Shown here: piece by piece, positions 48,325 to 58,365 of the stretch
Layout of the letters: each line of letters starts with the position of its first letter
How positions within the stretch are numbered: the first letter of the stretch is position 1
Source of the DNA: an uncultured virus (IMG/VR IMGVR_UViG_3300037067_020960)
Taxonomy: Duplodnaviria; Heunggongvirae; Uroviricota; Caudoviricetes
Reading direction: 5' to 3' (one strand)
Length of the DNA: 64,000 bases
IMG/VR virus record: IMGVR_UViG_3300037067_020960
The notes under the pieces: model-generated
Seen by the model: the letters and a program-made list of their open reading frames with translations, nothing else
What the model was told of the DNA's origin: nothing
The model's database searches: none
Translations under genes and position numbers: made by a program

Positions 48325-50615
48325 TCGAAAACAACCTTCTTTCGCTTCTGTATTTCTTTTTGTGGAGTTTTAATGCCTAAAACATTTTTTACTCCTTCAA
48401 TTGCAAAATATATATTGTCATCCACATGTGGTAAATTATTTTGAATTGTAGACCCATAATTTTTCGTGATAATTCTTGAATCCATAATCACTAATATACC
48501 CTTATGATTTTCATTGCGAATCATTCTGCCTGCCATTTGTTTAATTGTTATAATTGCATCAGGTAAAATATATTCTAAAAAATCATTTTGCCCTCTTTTT
48601 TTTAGCAATTCAACTTTCGCCTCTACAGCAGGATCTTTCACATTAAGAAAGGGAATATTCATAATGAATAGTCCGTGTAATACTGGTATGTCAATACCTG
48701 TGTAAAATGTGGCAGTTGCAAAAATTAAAAAGGGTTGATCTCCTTTTTTCCATTTGCTAACTTCTTCTAGAATAAAAACTCTCGTTTGTTCATACTGAAC
48801 ATAAATCTTATGAGTTTTCATATATTTAAATCGAAGTAATTCAACTATTCGTTTCATATTAGTAATTGCTGTAAATAAAAAAAGTGAATTTCCAGGACAA
48901 ATTTCTAAAACTTGTTTAATTACTTCAGAATTTGTTTGATCATATTTATCAGCGTTTTCATGAGCTTTTGAATAAGTAGTTTGAGGACAAAATATTGTGC
49001 ATTGTTCTTTATAATTGAACGGAGATTCAAATTGTTGTGATTTATATTTTGTGATCCCAAGTTCTTTTGTAAAAAAATCGAAATTTTTATTCACACTTAA
49101 TGTGGCCGATGTTAGAATAATCGGACAATGTGCCAAATCTTTCCAAACATTATGTTCTTTCATAATTGTGTTTGCTTCAATATAAGCTTCAATTAATGTG
49201 ATATTTTTTACTTCTTTTCCGCCCATTTTTGAAACTTCACACATATAATAGCATTCATCCATAAAAGAATATGATGCAACAATTTTTTGATAAAAGTCAA
49301 GCATTTTCTTTTTATATTCAAAAACATCTATATAATCAACTTTTGGATTTTTAATTTTTTTGTCATTATAATCAAAATCGCAAAATTCTTTTATCCTGGC
49401 AAATGTGGAATTTGTTGCTCTATGTAAATCATGAAACATTGATTCAATTTCTTCAATTCTTTTCTCAACATCTTCATCTTTAGGATATCTCCTATATTTT
49501 CTAATTGTGTTATCCTCAGTTTTACTACAATATTCTCTGAATGTTTCTGATATCCATGTAATTAATTTATTTAATGCGTCAACACACACGCCTTTCATTT
49601 CAGCAATATCTTCACGCAATGGATCTTTTCGATCCTGAACACTTTCAGGAATTATATTGGAACCATAAATTTCAGACATTACTTTTTCGCTATATACATA
49701 TTTATCATTTATTACCCAATGTTCTCTAATTCTTTCAATTGTTTCTAATGCATTCAAAAATTTTCTAATAAATAATTCAATACCTCCTGTAGAAACGTCA
49801 TTTTGAAATGTATCTTTAGCTATATCAGCAAATTTATGAGCTTCATCAATAACCATATAACAAATGGATGGTAAAATTCTCATTTCGGGAGGAATTTTAC
49901 AACTTGATAAATAATAATTATGATTAACAACAATTACATCTGCAGTTTTAATTTTTGATTTCAATGTTTTAAAATGACATTGACTATATGGACATTTGGA
50001 AAAACATTTTTCTTCACAACGAACTTCTTTTAGAAATTCAATAATTTCTTTATTCATTTCCGGGAATATTCGTTCTATTTCTCCTTCAGCTTGTTGAATC
50101 TTTGTTCTATATCTTGCAACAAAAACAGGATCTTTATCTTCATATCTTGCTAATTTGTTCGAACAAATATAATTCGATTTTCCTTTTGCCATACAATAAC
50201 TGAATTGATATTCATGACGTTCAAAAAATAATTTCTGAAGAATTGGTAAATCCTTATTATAAATTTGGTCTTGCAAAGTTTTCGAAGACATGCTTATAAT
50301 TCCCTGACAACGATAACCAGATTTCTTAAAATTTAAAATCATCGATTCAAGAATTGGAATTGAATATCCTATAGTTTTCCCTATACCTGTGCCAGCTTCA
50401 GCAATAATAAAATTTGGAATAGCGTCATCATTTTCAAGCTCTTTAAGTTCCTCTGATTGAATATCTTTCTTTTTTTGAACTAAATTGAATAAATTTTCTT
50501 CATCAAGATTCTGATAAATAAAATCTGAATAATCTACCTGTCCCTTACGAATTCTATATTTATTACCATAAATATCATGTAACAATCCTTGTTCTTTGTA
50601 AAAATCACTAAGCAT
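48321..50615 (-). CDS. DinG/XPD-family helicase
   Basis: EAGTGIGKT; LQDQ; KGKSNYIC (FeS Cys); IDEAH; LTSATL; SPF; GIDI; Q.AGR.IR; DSR. Confidence 0.92.
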   Translation of the reverse strand: MLSDFYKEQGLLHDIYGNKYRIRKGQVDYSDFIYQNLDEENLFNLVQKKKDIQSEELKELENDDAIPNFIIAEAGTGIGKTIGYSIPILESMILNFKKSGYRCQGIISMSSKTLQDQIYNKDLPILQKLFFERHEYQFSYCMAKGKSNYICSNKLARYEDKDPVFVARYRTKIQQAEGEIERIFPEMNKEIIEFLKEVRCEEKCFSKCPYSQCHFKTLKSKIKTADVIVVNHNYYLSSCKIPPEMRILPSICYMVIDEAHKFADIAKDTFQNDVSTGGIELFIRKFLNALETIERIREHWVINDKYVYSEKVMSEIYGSNIIPESVQDRKDPLREDIAEMKGVCVDALNKLITWISETFREYCSKTEDNTIRKYRRYPKDEDVEKRIEEIESMFHDLHRATNSTFARIKEFCDFDYNDKKIKNPKVDYIDVFEYKKKMLDFYQKIVASYSFMDECYYMCEVSKMGGKEVKNITLIEAYIEANTIMKEHNVWKDLAHCPIILTSATLSVNKNFDFFTKELGITKYKSQQFESPFNYKEQCTIFCPQTTYSKAHENADKYDQTNSEVIKQVLEICPGNSLFLFTAITNMKRIVELLRFKYMKTHKIYVQYEQTRVFILEEVSKWKKGDQPFLIFATATFYTGIDIPVLHGLFIMNIPFLNVKDPAVEAKVELLKKRGQNDFLEYILPDAIITIKQMAGRMIRNENHKGILVIMDSRIITKNYGSTIQNNLPHVDDNIYFAIEGVKNVLGIKTPQKEIQKRKKVVFE

Positions 50616-50637
50616 TAATTCTCCATTTCAAATAAAA

Positions 50638-51366
50638 TTAAATATTTGATTCTAAATATTTTTCTTCCCATAATTTATATGATTCCATCATTCGATCAAA
50701 TTCTTTTTCATTTAAAATGTGTTTACACTGTTCATCAATCGTATACTGAACCAATTTTTCAGTATTTACTGCTAATTCTCCCCAAGTTCTTCCAATAATT
50801 TTTACAACTATTGGCTCGCAACCTTGGTCAACATTTAAAAAATCACTATATTCAATTAATGATTTACATTCTTTAATAGATTGTTCTTCTTCTTTTTCGT
50901 TTATTGCTAATAAAAATATGAAAGATCTATATCCTAATTTTCCAGGTGGGGAATACGGAGGTTTTTTCCCTAAATAAAAAGAATGAACATATTGAAAGAC
51001 ATTCTTTTTTAAATCAAAAATTGTATCTCCCCAATGTTCCACAAAAGTAATATTTTTACTATATGCATGACCATGCACCAATTTTGTAATCAACACCTTA
51101 TTAGTTTTTATAAAGCTGGGATCTTTAAATTTGGGAAACGAAATGCATGAAAAAAATGCTCTATAAAAATTCGTATTTAAAACTCCTGTAGAATCAGGAA
51201 TTTGTCCTTCACGTTTATCCCATTGATAAACAAAAGGATATTTACCATCAATCATGTATTTTGAATCAAGTTCTTTTTTTTCTGTAATTGGGCGATCTTT
51301 GAAAATTTTTCCCTTTGCCATATCTGCCAATGTATAAAATTTTTTTTCAGAATCTAATGGTTCCAT
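50638..51366 (-). CDS. Hypothetical protein
   Basis: 242 aa; AAGGAG RBS; CGGTATAAT promoter. Confidence 0.7.
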   Translation of the reverse strand: MEPLDSEKKFYTLADMAKGKIFKDRPITEKKELDSKYMIDGKYPFVYQWDKREGQIPDSTGVLNTNFYRAFFSCISFPKFKDPSFIKTNKVLITKLVHGHAYSKNITFVEHWGDTIFDLKKNVFQYVHSFYLGKKPPYSPPGKLGYRSFIFLLAINEKEEEQSIKECKSLIEYSDFLNVDQGCEPIVVKIIGRTWGELAVNTEKLVQYTIDEQCKHILNEKEFDRMMESYKLWEEKYLESNI

Positions 51367-51560
51367 TTGAATCTCCTTTTATAAAGAGATTATACCGGAA
51401 TAAATTATGACAAACTAAATATTTCTTTAAATATATTTTTAATTGATTTGATAGGTCTGTTGAATACTCTGCCTTTAAGGTTCTCGTGAAAAATATTTTG
51501 ATAATTCTTTTTCACTCATTCCGATAATTACTACTTTTGAATTCATGGATTTTTCCATAA

Positions 51561-52652
51561 TTATGAATGCATTAATCCTGCATTAACTAATGCAGAAATA
51601 ATTGCATTAATTTTATCTGCAAAATGTTGACTTGTAAGCGAAGATGTAATACCTGAAACATTTGCAGCAATATTAGTAGAATTTAAATAATCACTAAGAA
51701 CTGAATTAATTTTTTGAGAAGTCCATCCTAATTGTGAAGAAATTATTGTATCGGATAAAATAAAATCTTTTATTTCATTTGACATAACGAAATCAAGATT
51801 AATTTTTTTAGAACTCCATCCATATTTGGAAGAAATTATTGCATCGGAAATAATTCTTGATAAAATTTCTGTTGAAGTTAAAAAATTTGTTGAAATATAA
51901 TTTTTATTAAACACTTCTGAAGAATTCAAATAATTCGTAGAAATATATGTTCTTAAAGTAGTAACATTAGCAGAAATTTTAAAAGAACTCCATCCTGTTT
52001 TAGAAGAAATAATTGCATCAGATATTACTTTTCCAAATATTTCTGAAGAATTCAAATAATTCGTGGAAATATAATTTTTTAATATATTTACTTTTGCAAC
52101 TATATCTGATGAAATCTTTTTAGAACTCCATCCATAATTTGATGAAATTAATGTATCAGATATAATTGCATGACCACTATTAGAGATTCGTTCATTTATT
52201 TCACCAGAAATCTTTTTAGAACTCCATCCATAATTTGAAGAAATTAATGTGTCACTTAAAATTTTCTTATTTTTCCAATAAGACCCAGATAATCTCATTA
52301 CATCTCCAGTTTGAGCACCGGAAATTCTCACATCACTCAAACGAGACATAGAAAAATGACTATTAATTACTAAATAAGAATCATTTTTAAATTCACCATC
52401 ATTTTTTGCAACAATTAAATCTCCTGAATGTAACCCCGAAATATTTAATCCTTCAATATTTGACATTGTACTAGGATTCGATTTCCATTCGCCATTCAAT
52501 AAAACATATTTTGCATGATTTCCGCCAGAAGATACTATGACTTCTCTTCCTTCAGCAGAAGTTGAAATCAACGGAAGAGCAGAAATAATTTCTGTTCGAA
52601 AATTCTTTAATTGACCCCTATTAAAATTTCTATTATTATCATAAACTTGCAT
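51561..52652 (-). CDS. Repeat-containing fibre-like structural protein
   Basis: Five SDxxISSxxGWxSxKI repeats and three YISTNxL repeats; C-terminal KINAIISALVNAGLM, head-fibre-like. Confidence 0.6.
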   Translation of the reverse strand: MQVYDNNRNFNRGQLKNFRTEIISALPLISTSAEGREVIVSSGGNHAKYVLLNGEWKSNPSTMSNIEGLNISGLHSGDLIVAKNDGEFKNDSYLVINSHFSMSRLSDVRISGAQTGDVMRLSGSYWKNKKILSDTLISSNYGWSSKKISGEINERISNSGHAIISDTLISSNYGWSSKKISSDIVAKVNILKNYISTNYLNSSEIFGKVISDAIISSKTGWSSFKISANVTTLRTYISTNYLNSSEVFNKNYISTNFLTSTEILSRIISDAIISSKYGWSSKKINLDFVMSNEIKDFILSDTIISSQLGWTSQKINSVLSDYLNSTNIAANVSGITSSLTSQHFADKINAIISALVNAGLMHS

Positions 52653-52715
52653 AGAAAAATTTTAAATCTGAAGTAAGAAATTTACAAACTATCTTTAATA
52701 CGGTATATTTTCTTT

Positions 52716-52877
52716 ATGAGAATTATTAAAAAGAAGATTTTAAAAGAAAAAAAAGTCAAAAAAACTTGTCATAAATGCAAAACACGATTTTCTTATATTG
52801 ATTCAGACATTAAAAGTGATAGAGATGGAAATTATGTTAATTGCCCATCGTGTCATACATTTATTGGGATATCTTGA
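52716..52877 (+). CDS. 53-aa Zn-ribbon protein (not in the ORF track; leaderless)
   Basis: MRIIKKK...TCHKCKTRFSY...YVNCPSCH; CGGTATATT-N6-ATG; TGATG-coupled to the next gene. Confidence 0.75.
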   Translation: MRIIKKKILKEKKVKKTCHKCKTRFSYIDSDIKSDRDGNYVNCPSCHTFIGIS

Positions 52878-54720
52878 TGGCAACAGAAGTGGCTCTTGTA
52901 AAATCTAGTACTAACAAAAAAAATCTTATTGTTAGAACGAACAATCCTGATGTTCGGGATATTTTATCTTCTTTGCTTTGTTATTCTTACGATTATACTA
53001 CTGGACATTATTTTATTCCGATTCCTGAAATTTATATGGTGTTCAATCAATTAAAAAAAATGAGATCTAAAGAAGATTTAGAAATTGTTGACGATGAAAC
53101 TGAGCAAGAAATCATAAATTTTAAAATAGATACAATTATCTTAAAAAAATACGAGACGATAAAATTGACTATCCCACTTTTGATTTTCCATGGAAAGACA
53201 CGCAGGAATTTATGAAAACAAAAGTATTTAAAGATCAATGGTCTGCTTGCGCATTTTTGTATTATTCTGATGATTATGGATTAATCAATTATTCGATGGG
53301 ATTAGGAAAAACATTAATTTCATTAGCTTATAGTCAATATTTATTTCATATTAAAAAAATTGCTAAACGAATATTAATCTTATGTCCAAATACTGTAAAA
53401 TATGGCTGGGAAAAAGAAATTCACAAACATACTCACGATGATGTAAAAATTGTAGGTAATGGGACAGAAGTTGTTTTAAGAGATTTAGAAAAATTTAAAG
53501 CTAGTAATACAAAATATTTGGTCGTACATTATGATGCAATCAGAATAAAAGTGAAAAATTCAAAGACTGAAAAATCAATAGAAAGTCGAATTTTTGATAA
53601 ATTAATTGAAATTGCTCCAGAAATGATAATTATTGATGAAAGCCATATCGTTCGTTATATGGAAGCTCTTGTTACTCAGGCTACTATAAAATTATGTTTA
53701 TCAAAAAATATTCAATCTGTTATATTTATGACCGGAACAGTAATGGAAAAAACTCCATTAGATATTTATGTTCCTCAATTGATTTGTATGCCTGAAACAA
53801 TTACAACAAAAAATAGATTTGAAGATTTTTACACATTGAAAAAAGAACGCAAATTTGGTAAATATAAAACCATTCATGAAGTGTATGGATATAAGAATCT
53901 TGGATATTTCAGAGAAATGACTTCTTTATTTTCTATAAGAAGAACAAAAAAAGACGTTCCCGGAATGATTCCAGAAGCTGAAATACGAAAAGAAATTGAG
54001 ATGACTTCATATCAAAAACAACTTGTAAAACAAATTAAAGATATTGGAAAACAAATTCAGGAAAATAAGATTCAATATGGAAATATCAAAGAGCTAAATG
54101 TAGAAAAAATAAAACAAACATTTGTACGATTAAGACAAATTTCAAATAATCCTGCTTTAATTGGCGGAAAGAATGAATCAGCAAAATATGATTTATTAGA
54201 AGAAACTCTTGAAGAGATATTATCAGATGAACATGAAAGAATATTGATTTTTACAGATTTTTATGATGCGATTAATTTGATTGCCGATAGATTACAAAAA
54301 TGGAATCCTATCAAAATTGATGGAACTGAAACAGAAAATAAACAACAATTAATTGAAAAATTAGAAAATAGATCACTGAATCATCGTGTGTTGATTTCTA
54401 CACCCTATAGGATCGGTATAGGATGTTCTTTTTCAAGGACCTCATATATGGTCTATGTAGATAAACCAGTATCTTCAATGCTCTTAAAACAATCAAAAGA
54501 TAGAATCGTCCGAAGAGATTCTGAAGGTAATGTAGCAACATTCATTTATTTATATTCATTATATAATGGAGTAAAATTTGTTGATCATAAAATAGATAAA
54601 ATGTTGGAACGCAAAGAAAAAACTCATGATGCATTTATTGAATCTGCAGAACTTGTATTGGATAAATGGGATATAGATGATATTCAAGATTTATTAAAAG
54701 GTATCTTTAACGAATTGTAG
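52877..54720 (+). CDS. SNF2-family helicase split by a -1 frameshift near 53120-53150
   Basis: MGLGKT; IIDESH; MTGT; RRTK; LRQ..NNP; ILIF. The upstream ORF (true start 52877) joins the 53212 frame across an A run. Confidence 0.8.
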
Positions 54721-55710
54721 AGTTCTTGTCAATTTTTCATATTTTATTCCTGCCATAAAATCTTCTATTGATTCAAAATTTTTCCATATTACTTCTTCAT
54801 CAAAATGTGCATCTGCAACATGAACTACTAGAATTTCCTTTATTTTAAAATCAATAAGATTATTCTTGTCTTCGATTGATAACCGATTACTTTTATATTT
54901 AAATACGTACACATCATAAAAATCAGAATGTTCCTTATTATAATAATCTTTAAAATGATTTAAAAATATTTTTCGCGATTCTTCAGATTCAATTGTCTGA
55001 GGAATAAATATATAAAATGGCGCAATATATTTTATATACATATCAAAAAATCTTGCGATTTTGTGCCAATCTTTTAATTTTGTTGATTCATTCCACCGAA
55101 AAACCAATTTCTGTATTTCTTCTTTTGGACATTTTGCTAAAAATGGAGATAAATATTCAGGAATTGCTAAATTTTTAACATATTTTGATAAATAAGCTGA
55201 AGTTACATGACAATCCTTTTCAATTAAACAAGCCAATGCTTCTGGCAGTTTATGCATATTATAACATCCGGAAAAAGAACAATTTTTAAATATCACACCT
55301 TCTGTATTTTGAACATCAAAATTTACATTTTCAAATTCACAATCTATAAAATAAACATTTAAAAATATTGAATTTGTAAAATCTGTATAATAAAATTTAC
55401 AATCATTAAATGTAACATTTTCAATATATAATCCATCATATTTAGTTTTAATAAATTGATTATATTGTATTTTCGAAAAGATCAGAAATCCCATTGCATA
55501 TTTACAATTAATCATTTTACAATGTTCTATATGACATGCTCTGATTGTTAAATTTGAAAAATCAACATCTCTAAAATTTTTAAATGACACATCTTTATTT
55601 GAAAATTCAAATGTTTTTTGAGGATCATTGTAATTTTTCTTTCTCAAAGATGTTAATACTTTATTCAACTTTTTTGTATCATCTCCGTATATTTCAAGAA
55701 TGTTTTTCAT
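54694..55710 (-). CDS. Pentapeptide-repeat protein
   Basis: VSFKN/FRDVD/FSN...VTFND/CKFYY/TDFTN/SIFLN/VYFID/CEFEN. Confidence 0.8.
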   Translation of the reverse strand: MKNILEIYGDDTKKLNKVLTSLRKKNYNDPQKTFEFSNKDVSFKNFRDVDFSNLTIRACHIEHCKMINCKYAMGFLIFSKIQYNQFIKTKYDGLYIENVTFNDCKFYYTDFTNSIFLNVYFIDCEFENVNFDVQNTEGVIFKNCSFSGCYNMHKLPEALACLIEKDCHVTSAYLSKYVKNLAIPEYLSPFLAKCPKEEIQKLVFRWNESTKLKDWHKIARFFDMYIKYIAPFYIFIPQTIESEESRKIFLNHFKDYYNKEHSDFYDVYVFKYKSNRLSIEDKNNLIDFKIKEILVVHVADAHFDEEVIWKNFESIEDFMAGIKYEKLTRTLQFVKDTF

Positions 55711-55719
55711 AAAATCCTT

Positions 55720-57015
55720 TTAATCTTTTTGTAATACATAAGATTCCTTTACTAATTCCTTTAAATCTCCTATAACTTTTTGATTATTAATAAGAAATAA
55801 ATACATTTTTATGCGTTGTTCTTTAAATTTTTTTATATTTTCTTTACTTACTTTGAGTTCACAATCTGTAAACACTACAATATCTTTTACTTTTCTTTCT
55901 ATTGCTTTTGTTATAAAACAATCAGTTGTTCCATAACTTGTTAAAATGAAAGGTTTCTTTAAAAAATCCTTTTTTGAAATTTCTACACATTTTTCTGAAA
56001 ATTGAAAAATTGGATCATTAATCAATTCATGGTACTTTGCAACAAACGACATCAGTGTTTTGATATATTTATTTACCGATCCGGAAACATCAATGTAACA
56101 ATCAATCTGACTTGAAAACGGAGCATAAGTTTTATTTTTCCAAAAAGTTGGGACATAATCTAATGCTAGCAGACCAATCTTCTTATCATGTTTTGAAGGG
56201 ATAACCGATCTTTTTGGAGTAAAAACATAATGTTTGGCAAATTTATCGATCTTCAATAAGTTTTGATTAGGCAACCATTTTCTCATTTGTTGTTCGGCTA
56301 ATTTGTTTTCGTATTTTTCAACCAATAAAATATCTTGATATACTTTGTTCATCCCATTTTGTTCTCGACTTCTCTTTTTAATTTTTTCTAAAATCACCTT
56401 AAATTCTTCTGGCATTTTTCTGTCATTCGAAAGTTCTGTATTATGAGAACCGATATATTTTGTATTTTTATTTAGTTCTTCATATCTTAAGGTGTAATAA
56501 ATATCTTGTAAAGAAAGAAAATTATCTTCAGAATCCCATAATGTTTTATATCTCAATTTACGATTACGAGTTCTCAAAACTGAATCGGGTCTTAAAAAAT
56601 TAACAGGAAATTCATCTTTAGGATAAAATCGTATAAGAAATTTGGTGCCAGAAAATCCAACAAATAATCTGTAAATTGTCGCGTTGATATAAGTATCAAG
56701 AACTAAATTTATTAATTGTTTATTTTGTTCATTTTTGAATAAATCTTTCGCAAGATGTCCAAATAAATAATGGAAACATTCATGAATAAATACGAAAACT
56801 AATTCTTGAGCCGTATTGATTTCTTTTTCGATAAACTTTTTACAAAATGTTATTTTCAAAGGATTGTCTTGAATACATGCAGTTTCAATTTTAGAACCAT
56901 TTTCATCAAAATCAAGAATTGCTTTTCTTAAAAGAGATTTAATGCCAAAGTGTTCTATTGGAAGATTTTTGTCTATTAATTCACGAAATTTTTCTAATTC
57001 ATAATTCATCTTCAT
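55720..57015 (-). CDS. HExxH metallopeptidase-like + vWA domain protein (MoxR partner)
   Basis: Likely start 57015 (AGGAG RBS); TAC...FIHECFH...GH...N...D..IN; IDVSGS; YGT; VFTD. Confidence 0.85.
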   Translation of the reverse strand: MKMNYELEKFRELIDKNLPIEHFGIKSLLRKAILDFDENGSKIETACIQDNPLKITFCKKFIEKEINTAQELVFVFIHECFHYLFGHLAKDLFKNEQNKQLINLVLDTYINATIYRLFVGFSGTKFLIRFYPKDEFPVNFLRPDSVLRTRNRKLRYKTLWDSEDNFLSLQDIYYTLRYEELNKNTKYIGSHNTELSNDRKMPEEFKVILEKIKKRSREQNGMNKVYQDILLVEKYENKLAEQQMRKWLPNQNLLKIDKFAKHYVFTPKRSVIPSKHDKKIGLLALDYVPTFWKNKTYAPFSSQIDCYIDVSGSVNKYIKTLMSFVAKYHELINDPIFQFSEKCVEISKKDFLKKPFILTSYGTTDCFITKAIERKVKDIVVFTDCELKVSKENIKKFKEQRIKMYLFLINNQKVIGDLKELVKESYVLQKD

Positions 57016-57062
57016 AATATTCTCCTGTCCATTTGTAATATAGAGGACAATATCCAATTAGC

Positions 57063-57097
57063 AAAAGAGAAAACTGGACATCTCGTCTGTGTCCAGT
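57063..57097 (-). terminator. Hairpin: intrinsic terminator, also resembling an IS200/IS605 end
   Basis: ACTGGACA / TGTCCAGT stem followed by TTTTCTCTTTT on the minus strand. Confidence 0.6.
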
Positions 57098-57132
57098 AGA
57101 TGAAGTTCGTGTCATTTGCACACCATGGAGAT

Positions 57133-58365
57133 TTAAGATTTTTTTGCATAAAATTCTTTCAATAAGGATTTTATATCTTTCAGATCATTTTTTAAATCGT
57201 CAAAACAATCTGTAACATTTTCATATTCAACAACGTAAACACATTTGCCGAATAATACATCGTAGTTAAGCGTACTGGATTTTCTCGAAAGAAATCCACT
57301 ACATACTCGACTTGAAATTTTTAAGTAATCTGTTAATTCGAGTTCTCTTACTTCATCTATTGCAGATATGTCTTTTTCGTTATTTACTATGAATTTTCTA
57401 TTTTCTTTTTCAAGTTCATCGGAAATTTTTTGAACGATTCGTTCAATCATTTCTTCTTTTTTCTGACATCTTCTGATACCGAGTTTATTACAAATTTTTC
57501 TAATCATAGACATTTTAATCAGAGGTTTTTCGACTTCTTTGGTGCGATAAGAATTGTAATTTTTATTTTGATACTTAATAATTTTTCGATGAATTAAATC
57601 TTTTGATTCTATCGGTTCTGTGATAATCCATGAATCAGAAATAGAAATGATCGTCACATAATCCATATATGGTTTTTCACTGATATATCTTAATTCTCTT
57701 TTATTTTTAACCAATTGACATTGAATAAATTGAGATGTGACAGAATCAAGATAATAAACATTTTGTTCATAATGAGATCCGATTTCAAAATTGTATTCAA
57801 TTGCTGCGATTCTTTGTGAATTTTTGAATAGTAAGAAATCATTAGAATTATATTCTCCTCTTTTGTGAATCAACTTGTCAATTCTATCATAGAGACCGTA
57901 ATTGCTTTCAGAACTAATGATTGTTTTTGTATATGTTTTCAGACTGGTCTTATAAACATCAATCATTTCAAACGCATTCAAATTTTCAAGATATTTTACC
58001 AAATCTGTTTTCTGATCTTCTTCCAGTTTAATTTCTCCCAATTCCTCTAAAACTTTTTTCTCATCAATATTTTTCAATTTGAAATTTTCAATTATAGCAT
58101 TAATTTCTATATTCGCCAATAATTCAAGTGCATCACTAACCTGTAAAACAAATACAATTGATTCAGATTCTGCTAATTTTATGTATTTGAAGAAAATTTT
58201 CTCTTGGGTGTCTTCAGCTAATGGATTGCCAGCATAAGGATATTTATTAAATTGATTTGTTATTTTTTCACTCGGCATGTCTATAGAACTTTTTACAAGA
58301 ACATCCCACTCTTTATTTTCTTTTCCCAGAGTGATTCTTTTACGTTTTAATGCTATAGCTTTCAT
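57133..58365 (-). CDS. Hypothetical protein between MoxR and vWA genes
   Basis: 410 aa; SAP-like IRKICNKLGI...KKEEMIERI; TAATG-coupled. Confidence 0.7.
   Translation of the reverse strand: MKAIALKRKRITLGKENKEWDVLVKSSIDMPSEKITNQFNKYPYAGNPLAEDTQEKIFFKYIKLAESESIVFVLQVSDALELLANIEINAIIENFKLKNIDEKKVLEELGEIKLEEDQKTDLVKYLENLNAFEMIDVYKTSLKTYTKTIISSESNYGLYDRIDKLIHKRGEYNSNDFLLFKNSQRIAAIEYNFEIGSHYEQNVYYLDSVTSQFIQCQLVKNKRELRYISEKPYMDYVTIISISDSWIITEPIESKDLIHRKIIKYQNKNYNSYRTKEVEKPLIKMSMIRKICNKLGIRRCQKKEEMIERIVQKISDELEKENRKFIVNNEKDISAIDEVRELELTDYLKISSRVCSGFLSRKSSTLNYDVLFGKCVYVVEYENVTDCFDDLKNDLKDIKSLLKEFYAKKS

Noticed and set aside
17066..54720. Inteins or introns in ligase, helicases or primase
   Set aside because: Protein lengths are normal and no C...HN splice motifs or homing endonuclease motifs were seen
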